DNA of 64,000 bases from Eledone cirrhosa (lineage: Eukaryota), in contig OZ024746.1 in NCBI GenBank assembly GCA_964016885.1, positions 50,902,001-50,966,000 of the forward strand, read 5' to 3'. The translations under genes and the position numbers were made by a program. Each line of letters begins with the position of its first letter. The stretch's first letter is position 1. The notes below the pieces were generated by a model. The model saw nothing but the letters and a program-made list of their open reading frames with translations. It did no database searches and was not told the DNA's origin. This document shows positions 11,180 through 23,033 of the stretch, piece after piece.

Positions 11180-14100
11180 GCTCTAGTATTAATGTAAGGG
11201 AGATATATGGAGGGAAAACCAGCTGTTATATAGGGAGAGAAAAAATATAGAGAGAGAAAAAAAGAGAGAGAAAAAATTCAAAAATATGCAGACACAGGCG
11301 AGGCGTAAAAACCTCTGTTTTAATGTAGAGGTATTAGTATTTACAAAACCAGCCTCTACATTGTAAATATCAGTATTCCTGAATGAGATATGTATCCACA
11401 ATGTGTGAAAATTAATGATCTTATGTTTAGTTTTTTTAAAAAAAATTCATATGTTTATGTGATAATTACAAACATCTATGTGAATGTACATGATCAATTC
11501 TGCAAACCCTAAGTTCACGGAAAGTATTCTCAATGCGGTATAAAAATTTAAGTATACATATATGTGTATATAGAGTCAATATTACTATTTCTGTCTCTAC
11601 TCTACAAGATTATCTATCAAGCAAAAATAGAGCAGATTTCAATATACTAATAAAAATAAAAATATATCGGAAACAAAACTAAAATAACAATAATGATAAT
11701 AAGTAATAATAAAATAGAAAACTAAGAAATATTACGAAAGAATATTACATATTAAAAATATTACATATTAAAAAAATATTACATATTAAAAAATTTACAT
11801 ATTAAAAATATTAAAAATAAAAATATTAGGAAATACTACAATAATAATAAAAAAAATAAAATAAACCACAAAGATCAACCCTTCAAAATTAATTGACAAT
11901 ATATTGCCAAGTTCATTATAAACATCAGAGTCGAAAAACAGATAAAGCCAAAAATTATCTATCAAATCGCATCTAGCAAAGATCATTTCAGGAAGTATAG
12001 GATGCCCAATTTGGTCTACATGTGTTCTTATATTTAATATAGAAGTTTATCTAGTGTAACGTTTATTCGAAATATTTGGAGCATCAACTTTTAGGGTAGC
12101 TTAATTTTTCATGAAGAATGTTTAAATAAAAATAAATAAAATAAAAATAAAAAGAATAAAAAGAGAATCAAAGATTTATCGGCTAGTTTCCCATATAATT
12201 ATAAATCAAACTAAATATACTACATTTTAAATTTAAATTTATATTTAAACGTTGAGTTTAATCTATGTTTGCAACAACTGAATAAATTTGTCCGTAGATT
12301 AAGGGAATTTTCAGATTTTAGTATAAAGAATATCTCCTCTGCGCAGAGGTCACATGTCTCAGAGGATGAATTAAAAGGAATCCCTCTTGAGACTATATTC
12401 CAAGCCGTCGAATATCTAACGTTATCTAGCTTAAGTTGCCATAGTACGCCTGATAGTGCCGTTGAAGATTTTTTACTTGGATCTGTGAAAGAATTCTTGC
12501 GGTTATTATAGCGAAGTTTAAATTCCGTCGATGTGGAACCGACGTAGTTAAAAGAATTAGAGTCAGTATTAACATTACAATTGTATACTATATTTTTAAC
12601 TAAGCAGTTGTTATTTAACGGACATTTAGATCTATCTCTACAGTTACATTTGTTAACTTGTATATTATTTATGCTGTTATCACTAGGTTTTAAGTTCCTA
12701 TTATTTATTCTATTGATATTTTGTGCTAAATTTTTGGTGGATGAGTAGGTTAATTTAATTGTATGTCTATTGAAAATTGAGTGATATCTATGTGTTCTAG
12801 GGAAGCGATTATCAAGAGCTTTAAAAAATAGTTTAGCGATGTGGGTTTTAATGTTTAGTGAGAAAGGGGGGGCAAACCAAATTATGTTCCTAGTTCTATT
12901 TCTTTTTTGGCCTTTGGAATTATTGTAATGCTTTCTATTATAGTTGTTAAGGATGTTGCCGTAATTAAAAAAGTTGTTACTTTGTTTAGTTTGTCTATCA
13001 TTATCTATGTACACAATCTTATCAGCATATCCTGCTCTAGCTAATGCTTCATTGTAGTATTGGGCTTTTTCGTCGAAAATCTTTCTATTCGACGAGATCC
13101 TAGAGATACGTTTTTGGACAGAGTTTACTATAGTGTTTTTGACAGATCTGGGGTGGTTAGAGTTAAAGTTTACATAGTTTAAGTTTTCATTCATATTCTA
13201 TGGTTGTTTTCAATTTCTATTTTAAGATTAAAGTAATTAAAAAATTGTGTAATTTGTTTACATTTTCTATTTAGTTCAGAGTTATTATTATCAATAAGTA
13301 AAAGCATGTCGTCTCTATATAAACCTCCGGTAGTACCGGGTATTTTCCTATGTAGCGAATTGATTAAAAATAAACCCACAAGGTCAGTTACCTGGGCTGA
13401 GTCGGATGCTCCCATAGTAATGTCAAAATTGCTATCTCTATCTGCTCTGGTCCATAGTTGGTCATTAAATTATATCAAAGTTTTCCTAGCCGATAATATA
13501 ATATGCATTTCATTGCTAGTTAGGTCAGTATGTTTGAATGCGTAATTTAGTGCCTTATTTAGTAGATTAGGGGTAATAGAAGAATAATAGTTAGCTATAT
13601 CAAGTTGAATAAACTTATTATTATTGTTATATTTAATTTGCTTAAACCACTCAACGACCTCTCCAGTTCCCTTCCACAAGCTCAGGTTAGATAAACAATC
13701 CAAGTTCTTAATTTGCTGTATCACCCTGTCAAGAATGTTTTTGCTTAATTTGCCCAGGTCCGATTTTGATGGTGCGATCAATCTAACTGGCAGGTCATTT
13801 TCAAAACTCCGCTTGTGATCTTTCATATTGATCTTCGGTTTCCTGGGCACGAAAGGTTGTGTTCTGTTCTCAATTTCCAACTCGTGCATTATACAAGATG
13901 CTTCGACATTCATTTTCTCAAGCTCTGCCTTATCTGCTACCTTGTACTTTTTCCTCAGCTCTTTCAGTATGAGGCCATTATACATGTCTTTCTGCACTCC
14001 ATAGAGGTTGTTGGTCTTGTCAGATTTCACCAAGATCTTCTCAGTTTTCTCTAAGCTCTCAATGTTATCCTTAATGCCTTTCAGATATTCCTGGCCTTTG

Positions 14101-15021
14101 AAGTTTCTCTTGAATTTGACCCCTTGTATGATAGAAATTATATCGTTTTCAAAGTCAGATAAAAGTTTGCTAGGGGGTGGATTTCTTTTAGATTTGAAAA
14201 CTTTGTTTAAGTCCGAGACATTTTCGTTTGTATTAGATTTATCAAAGTGGAATGCTCGCCACCTGATTCTCCTTATAAAAGAGTCAGATTTATCTATTAA
14301 TTGTTTTATAAAGTCTTTGTTTCTAGGTAGAGGTATGTCTTTTAGAGAGGAAGTAATCTTAAAGAATTCCATTTTCCAGTTATAATATAAAGCGCTCAAC
14401 AATATTGGAGCAAGATATATGGAAAGTTATATTTAAATTGTTGGGTTACAACTAGTAAATATTTATAACTGATATAAAAGCACTCGACAAATATTTGGAG
14501 TATATTTACAATATTAAATAAATGGAAACTATATTTATAAAACCATATCTATTTCATCATATATATTTCAGGGATATCATATTAACAATATGCTATGCCT
14601 TCCTCAGACAAAATACAATATAAACAGTTTTATAGATAAATAGATTCGACATACCGTAAACAACATCTACTTGCATTTGAGAATGTTGATTTGGTAGTGA
14701 CAAAATTGTACACAGAGAGAAAGAAAAAGAGAGAGAAAAAAGAGAAAAAGAGAGAAAAAAGGAAAGAAAGACAGAAAACGAAGAAAAAGAAAAAGAAGAA
14801 ATGCATGGAACAAAATAGAGAGATGGAAAGATAGATAAAGAGAAGAACTTCATGTAAAGAAACAGAAAGAGATATATATATATAGAGAGAGAGAGGAAAT
14901 AGAGATAGATACATATATATATATAGAAAGCTAGGTAGTGGGACGTCTGTTGAATAACGTATCAATGATACATTTATTTATTTATTTATTTATTTAGCTC
15001 TAGTATTAATGTAAGGGAGAT
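10598..15021 (-). mobile_element. Near full-length Penelope-like element (Naiad-like) with ~600-bp direct terminal repeats
   Basis: Repeats 10598-11203 and 14416-15021 are nearly identical and each holds a hammerhead (10731-10796, 14550-14615); RT-EN ORF between them; 3' end abuts (TA)n. Confidence 0.93.
12220..14402 (-). pseudogene. PLE reverse transcriptase plus GIY-YIG endonuclease ORF, two frameshifts (about 13470 and 13195)
   Basis: QLDIANYYSSI, MGASDSAQVTDLVGLFL, GLYRDDML, IIWFAPPFS, CNCR..CPLNNNC..IVY..YVGST..FKLRYNN, CDLC, CCKH. Confidence 0.92.
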
Positions 15022-15800
15022 AAAATAAAGTAAAATAAAGTACCAGTAATACACTGGAGATAAAATAAAGTACCAGTAATACACTGGTCGATAAAATAAA
15101 GTACCAGTAATACACTGGGATAATTGCTGGCCTTGAGCCAAAAGTAGAAACAATTATTAATATTTGTCAAGGGCGGTGGATTGGCAGTATCGGTAGAGCG
15201 TCGGACACTATGCTTTTCAGCATAGAGTTACGGCCCTTTACGGTCTGAGTTAAAATCCCACCGAGGTTAACTTTTATCCTTACGGGGTCGATAAAATAAA
15301 GAACCAGTGAAATACTGGGGTCGATTTAATCGACATTCCCCTCCCCCAACTTACTGGCCGTGTGCCTATACTAGAAATCATTATTATTATTATTATTATT
15401 TTTGAAGGATGGTGGATTAGCAGAATCGGTAGAGCGTCGGACACCATTCTTCGTGGCATAGAGTTTATAGCCCTTTATGTTCTGTGTTCAAATCCCGTTG
15501 AGGTTACCTTTGCTTTTCATCTTTACGGGGTGGATAAAATAAAGTACCAGTAATTCACTGGGGTCGATCTAATCGACCTACCCCCAAATTGTTGGCCTTG
15601 TGCCTAAATCAGAAACCCTTATTATTACTATTTGTCAAGGGCGGTAGATTGACAGTATCGGTAGAGCGTCGGACACCCTGCTTTGTGGCATAGTTACGGT
15701 CTTTTACGTTCTGACTTCAACTTCCACCAAGGTTAGCTTTGCCTTACTGGGTCGATAAAATAAAGTACCAGTAACACACTGGGGTCGATTTAATCGATTT
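15021..15800 (+). mobile_element. Tandem cluster of about four tRNA-derived SINE copies
   Basis: GGCGGTGGATTGGCAGTATCGGTAGAG (A box)..GAGTTCAAATCC (B box)..GCCTTTCATCCTTACGGGGTCGATAAAATAAAGTACCAG..GGCCTTGTGCC..(ATT)n tail. Confidence 0.85.
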
Positions 15801-16469
15801 TGCTCCTTTCTTTAAATGTCACATTAATCTTAAAAGTTAACTTACATATTAAAAGTTAACTTACATGATCCACATGACAGGTGCAATGTGTCCGAACGTG
15901 GAAGAGTCGAACTCCCACCGTCATCGCCCCATCTCTCTCGCCCTCCCCATCTCTCTGTATAGTCCTGACCACCCTGCAGCCCCTGCGAACAGAATGGAAA
16001 AGGCGTTTCCCCGGAGGATGGTAAGGCAGATGCACTGGAAGAGCCAGCCATTCCATCTCGCGAGGCTCATACCTGCGGCTGGCCAGCTCAGTGCCTATGG
16101 TGGTGAGTGGCCATGTGCCTAAATTAGAAACTATTATTATTTGTCATTACTTGTCCTTTAACCAACTGTTTATTTATCTTTAAATTTGCCGGCGTACTTG
16201 TAGAAAACAAAATAACTATAAGAGTTTTCAGGATGGGCTACTTCGATAAGGAGAGATAAGATATTTCATTAGAGAATAAATACATTTAGCTATTTATGTT
16301 ACCGTATTTATTTCGTTCGGGAATTTATCTTCGTTCAAGTATATGTTTATTTATTTATCTATTCACTTCACTACATTGAAGTGGGAGAGAGAGAGAGAGA
16401 GAGATTCACATACGCAAAAAGAAAAACAGTAAGAGAAGGATTTACTTCGTTTGTGAATATATACATATT

Positions 16470-17129
16470 GTATAACAAAAGTGCAGGGCAATAAAGATAG
16501 ACGGTAGCCACGGAGTAGGCAGACCCAGAAAAACCTGGGACGACCTGATAAATTCCGACCTCACACACTTACACCTCTCCAAGACAATGTCACTGGACCG
16601 AGATCTTTGGCGGTACTCAGTAATAGAGAAGACCCACCTTACCTGAAATACAAAGTAAAACCTACTACAGTCAGTAGGCATCTCTAACAAAACACACCCC
16701 CGTCCCACCACCCCCACCCCATCCACACCGCCCCTTTCAATGTAAAGTTATGTTGGTGCCACAAAATCCAGGCCGAAACAAATGAGATCGTGTAGGTGTC
16801 ACGACAAAAAAACACACAGTCCACGCTGTAATGTGACCGTGTAGGCAACACGGTAAAAACCTCCCAGTCCCACACTGTAAATGTGGTTGGTGTTAGGAAG
16901 GGCATCCAGCTGTAGAAAACCCGCCAGACAGTCCACGCTGTAATGTGGCCGTGTAGGCAACACGGTAAAAACCTCCCAGCCCCACACTGTAAATGTGGTT
17001 GGTGTTAGGAAGGGCATCCAGCTGTAGAAAACCCGCCAGATAGTCCTATGCGAGCAAGACAACCACTCTTGCCTCAAGTGGGAAAACTCCCGTCCAAACC
17101 CATGCAAGCGTGGAACATGGACGTTAAAC

Positions 17130-17165
<36 letters not shown>
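16470..17165 (+). mobile_element. RTE-clade LINE 3' fragment with a 112-bp internal tandem duplication and (GAT)n tail
   Basis: IKIDGSHGVGRPRKTWDDLINSDL..DRDLWR; duplication starts at 16817 and 16929; tail GACGTTAAAC(GAT)n. Confidence 0.75.
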
Positions 17166-18007
17166 ATAAGTCGACGGAACTAGCATGGGTTTCACTGGGT
17201 ACTCAATAGATAATGTTAAGTAAACTTCCAGAGTAGACACATAGTCATTCGCTTCAATACAACACACATAAATAGGTACCTTCAATATTTGCCCGTACTC
17301 GAGTTTCTGCCACACATAATGCAGCAATAGAGTGCACAGCATCTACGGTCTGCATTTATTATGCAACAATGCACAATCGGCGCATATGTCTTCATCAGCG
17401 TGTTTTGCCTAATCAATAACCATTCGATCGACAGAATTCGATTCCTGTCCGCCTCGGCTATGACTGTATGTGACGGACATCACAGTAAAACATTAGCAAC
17501 TGAAATCCCTACATGTCATCACAATATATATATATGTGTGTGTGTGTACACATACACACACATACATACATATATACAAATATATATATATATGAAAATA
17601 AGTTTGATATTCCTGAAGATCATGCTTATTCAGTTCCTCTCTCTGTGAAGAAAACAAAGGGAGACAATAAAAGGCCGACAAGCACGAGTAGAATTCAAGA
17701 GCTCTTTGCTTTAGATTGGAGCGTCTGCCCTACCTATTAATTGCATAGGTGATTTCTTCCCATAACTCCTGTGTGGAGTTGTAGAGGCACCGCCATGCGG
17801 CGTGTCTAGGGCACTTTTAAACCTGACGTAGCCCAACCTTCTCCAGGCCTGAAGAGAGACGATATTTTCTAAAGGGGAAGAATCGATCCCAATACTGGAC
17901 TCGTACTTTTTTTTTATCGACTTTGATCAATGAAAGGCAAATTTGATCTCGGCAGGATTTGAACTGGGACAAATACCGTAAAACATTCTATACTATTTCT
18001 TAACGAC

Positions 18008-18079
<72 letters not shown>

Positions 18080-18095
18080 GTATATGTATTTAATA

Positions 18096-18255
18096 ATTCG
18101 GGAGAAATCATCAGGAAGCCGGGCTTCCTGATGATTTCTCCCGAATGAAACAATTCTAGTCCTCTAGAAGCCATTTCTATATTAAATATTTATACTCTGC
18201 TATGTATTGAGTACCTTACTTACTGTGGTTACCCCCGATTGAACCCGGGATAAAC
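18096..18255 (+). mobile_element. PLE tail with hammerhead (18122-18172) and a perfect 25-bp fold-back
   Basis: ATTCGGGAGAAATCATCAGGAAGCC-G-GGCTTCCTGATGATTTCTCCCGAAT, then GAAA..TA-GAAGCC; stem III degenerate. Related copies at 35590-35720 and 39880-39932. Confidence 0.7.
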
Positions 18256-18256
18256 T

Positions 18257-18287
<31 letters not shown>

Positions 18288-19049
18288 GTACGTATAACAG
18301 TATTAATAATATCATTAACTGGAGTATTAAAACTGGACTGGTACTTTTTTTATCGACCTCGAAAGGATGAACGGCAAAGTTGACCTCGGTGGGATTTGTG
18401 CTCTGAGCGCGCATAAAACATTACCATCTCATATTTATTACATTTAAGGAAAAATTAGTCTAGTTTGGAAAGGAAAATAAATAATTATTTCGGTATGATA
18501 TGCAAAGAAAAAATATCATAAAAAAATTAAAATTTACACCAACCAGATTATCCAAAGTAACACAATATGATAGAATCATTGCCATCTATAACTATTAGTT
18601 ACTCTGAATTCGAATCCTGTTGAGATCAACTTTGTATTTCATCCTTTGAGGATCAATAAATAAAATATTTATTTAGTTCAGTTGGTGTAAAAACTGAATT
18701 CATATGGTCGAAACGAGGGAAGATACAGCATCATTAAGATAAGACAATAAAGTAGAAAATAATTTTCATAACAATATCTACAAAGATATTGATGCGACTA
18801 CCCATGGGTCAATTGACGTTTTCCAAGCTGTAACTGTTTATTTTTCAATATAGAAATAACTAAAAAGAAGGGGAAACAAAAGGAAAGAAAGAATAGGGAA
18901 ATAAAGAAAAAATATAGAAAAAAAAAGAGAAGAGAAAGAAAGAAGAAACAGATCGGGAGGGGGAGGAGATGGCAAGAGCTCTGGTGTTGCAGAAGAGAGG
19001 GGAAGGGGAAAGGGGATTGGGCTTTGGGCCTAGGGCAAGGGGGAAGGAG

Positions 19050-19300
19050 TGCTGTGCCCCGCTGACAAGACGGCAAAAGCATTCCCCCGGTCGATGGCCA
19101 GTGACACCCGCTACAACAGCCACCCAACCTCGTGGGGCTCCCTCCTCAGACGGGCCGCCAACGCTCCGATCTTGCGGAGTAACTCGGCAGTATAGGGTCC
19201 AAGTACACCTGAGGTCTCGACGGTGACTGGTGTGAAGAGGATGCGGCCGGACAAAACCCCGGTATTTGTTTATTTTACGTTCTTCTGTGAGGCGGGCTGT
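19050..19300 (-). mobile_element. CRE-like (restriction-like endonuclease) non-LTR retrotransposon C-terminal fragment
   Basis: With one frameshift and one stop: EERKINKY../ILFTPVTVETSGVLGPYTAELLRKIG..REPHEVGWLL*RVSLAIDRGNAFAVL. Confidence 0.7.
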
Positions 19301-19359
19301 GATGCCGTAACTCTGTGCGTCAAAGCATGATGTCCGACTCTCTATCGATACTCCAATCC

Positions 19360-20105
19360 ACTTATAATAATGGTTTCTGATTTTAGGTACAAGGCCAGCA
19401 ATTTTGGGGGCGGGGAAAGTCGATTAAATCGACCCCAGTTCTCAATGGTGCTTTATTTTATCGACCCCGCAAGGATGAAAGGCAAAGCTAACTTCCGTGG
19501 GATTTGAAATCCGAACGTAAAGGGCCATAACTCTATGCTGCAAACATGGTATCTGACGCTCTACTGATACTGTCAATCCACCGCATCCTTATAAAATAAT
19601 TGTTTCTATTTTTGGCACAAGGCCAGCAATTATCCCAGTACATTCGTCTTGTGACTCTAAACTCCGCCAGTTGCAGACTGCGCATCAGATATTTTTCTCC
19701 ACAAAGTTCGATCACCAGCAGCAGAGTTTAATGAGCAAAGATCAAGTCCAGTCCTTAAGTTGACATTATCAAGCCATCGTTTTGGCTGTCGGCCTCTGCT
19801 TCTCTTACCAGCCAACCTTCCTCTCAGGCATAACCTACTCACACCACGAGTTGACCGAATTGTTTGAGTAGTCTTGACTTGACAATTGATGTAATTGGTC
19901 TAAGTTTGGTCATGTTGAGCAGCTCACTGATACAGATACGGTCGCCTAGCCGCTTGCCAGTCATTACTGGTACTTTATTTCATCGACCCCGTAAGGATGA
20001 AAGGCAAAGTTAACCTCGGCGGGATTTAAACTCAGACCGTAAAGGGCTGTAATCTTTGCTGCAAAGTATGGCGTTTGACTCGCTACCGATACCGCCAACC
20101 CACTT
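19360..20105 (-). mobile_element. SINE copies with an intervening RTE C-terminal fragment (19657-19860)
   Basis: Reverse complement of the SINE consensus at 19360-19600, 19600-19640 and 19960-20105; RTE motif GRLAGKRSRGRQPKRWLDNV..AAGDRTLWR. Confidence 0.8.
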
Positions 20106-20349
20106 ATAATAACACAATAAAATACTTGCTTATACAGGTTTCTGATATATATTTATATATATTATTGTCTATTTATCGTCTATTTATATATATCCAGTTT
20201 CCTGATTTACCTATTTTTTTATATGGCTGAGATCGATAAAGACTCAAGGATTCCATGAAAGGTCGATGGTCTAAGAAGATCTAGATCTCTGATCTAGCAA
20301 ATGGCGAGATTGTCGCCAGTCTTAACACTTAATGCGGGAACATCTAAGT

Positions 20350-20556
20350 CAGGGGTCCCCAAAGCAATCAGTATCGATCACCTAGATATTGATGGGACCA
20401 CGCAAGGAGTCGATTGAACTTTTGGGACAAAACCTGACATTTATATAAGAAATGATAACTCTTAAGATATAATATATATTTATTTATATATATTTTTTTG
20501 TACATTTCTGGTCTGGGTCAATGAGGGTCGATATTATAAACATTTTGGGATCCCTG
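20350..20556. mobile_element. Old hAT-like MITE
   Basis: TIRs CAGGGGTCCCCAAA / TTTGGGATCCCTG; 8-bp TSD not preserved. Confidence 0.5.
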
Positions 20557-21083
20557 GTGTATATATAGTTATCATGCCTCCTGTTATTTTTCACGATTGC
20601 CTTATCCAATGTGTCCTTCCTTTTAAGGAGATTTGACTACTATTTCTAGTGTATATAAACTTGCGTTGTATTGTCAGGTTTCGTTTTAGTTTTAGCTAAG
20701 CTCAGTAACTCTAACCTGTGCTCCATCAGGGATTTTGAATTATTATTTGAAACATGAGAAAACTATTGGGAGAAACGTATTTTTAGTTATTTATCTGGGT
20801 TGATATATATATATATATATATATATACAACACTCAATATCTACTCTCTTTCTCTCTCTCTTTCCACACACATATACACAACCAGACACACACACAGATA
20901 CATACACATGCACAGATACATACACACATACATATATATAATACTAACAAATTTAAAGAAGCAACGTCGGAGGAAACCAGAAACATGCGCCTCACTACCT
21001 GTAGACGAAACTCAGATTCTAAGGAATAAACCCGAGCATTTATTAAATATTAAAGGTTAATTCACACACACACATACACACGC

Positions 21084-21223
<140 letters not shown>

Positions 21224-21364
21224 CAAACATTGACAGGGAATAATTCGTAAAGAGTGTAAGAACACATAGTTACGGAGGTAGCATAAATTTTAATATACTA
21301 TCTCTGTAAGTATGTGTTCTTATACACTTTATAAATTATCCCTTATATACATATATATATATAT

Positions 21365-21546
21365 ATCAGAATGGAGGTTGTAAAAACCAGTTAGACCATT
21401 ACTCGCCAGAGTACTCGATAATTGGGGTAGTAGAGTGGCTAGTATGAAAGATTCAGGACCCTGACGGCTGACCGTCTACTGTTTCAACAGCTAGATCCGG
21501 ATCTAGCTGTTGAAACGGTAGACGGCCAGTCGTCCAGGGCCTGAAT

Positions 21547-21548
<2 letters not shown>
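21365..21548 (-). mobile_element. PLE-type tail with palindrome 21451-21547
   Basis: Centre AGATCC|GGATCT; arms contain the GAAAC(G/A)GTA 3' half of a hammerhead; flanked by (TA)n. Confidence 0.6.
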
Positions 21549-21623
<75 letters not shown>

Positions 21624-22683
21624 CAAGCAGGGAAAAGCGGACGTAAAATGATGATGATGATGATGATGATGATATATATATATAAGAGAGAGAGACGCAC
21701 ACAAATCCACATAAAAAATTGTTTAAAATTAATTCTAAATCTTTATTTCAGAACTGCGGTTTTTTTTCTGCCATGGTATAATTCGATCCTGAAAATGCTG
21801 GCTTGTAAACCGATGTGGAACCTCTATACATTTGTCGACACCACCGCCATCCCTCCCACCACCACCACCACCACCACCACCACCACCACCAACGACGACA
21901 ACAACAAACTCCAATAGAACTCTTACTAAAAGAACCAACAAACAACCGAGAGTTCTCGCACGTTTGAACTGCTAGAAATAACAGCCAAATCTCCATCAGT
22001 AGAATGGAACACACGTTGGAACGGTAGTTCTGGATATACAAAAGCATGGGATGACATTTTGAGTATCTTTGATCATAAGGTTTGCTCGATCAGAGCTGAT
22101 CTGAGGCTCAACAATAACAACAAGAATCAATCAACTAACTAACCAACCAAACAGCCAACCAATCAGAGCAACCGCGACACCGCCACCACCATTAAATGTG
22201 CCAACAGGTAGGCCTTTATTTGGTCAGTCAACATGTCAGAAATAGCAGCCAGATTTCTCTTCAAATCACATTCTACTATGTTATATAGAAAAATAAGGAC
22301 ACTTTTCTCAATGTAGTCTTCAATATACTCTGTTTGAGGAAAACGGGATGGTCACAGCTGGAACAATTAAAACTGATATGCGTCTGAATATCATCATCAA
22401 CAATAATATCATCATCAGTAACAACAACAACAACAACAACCACAACATTAATCACGAGCTCAGCGATAATTTTATTAACAACAACAACAACAACAGCAGC
22501 AGCTAGAACAACAATAACAAAATATCAGTCCATTTTAATTTGATTTCGACTAATCGATATTTCTTCTTCATTCAGTCCAAATGAAATCAATCACTGACAT
22601 TGATAAAGCACGTTGTTGCAGTTATCCGAGCAGAAATACCAAACAAATAAAACCAAACAAAAAAATAAAGAAAACATGAATAG

Positions 22684-22746
<63 letters not shown>

Positions 22747-22938
22747 TTAATAATGATAAATGATTGAGCTTAAAATAGCGAAGAAAGGAAAAGCTAAGTG
22801 AACAAGAAATCTTGTCTGAGTCGCTATAATCCTTTTGTAAATGAGATCCGGAATAGTAACGAATACAATATAACAAAATATAATATAATATTACATACAT
22901 ACATATATACATACATACTGCACGCACACGCACACACG

Positions 22939-23033
<95 letters not shown>

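Noticed and set aside
12220-13194. Selenocysteine recoding, reported for some Naiad elements
   Set aside because: The conserved Cys positions I could read in these copies use ordinary codons; I saw no in-frame TGA at those sites.
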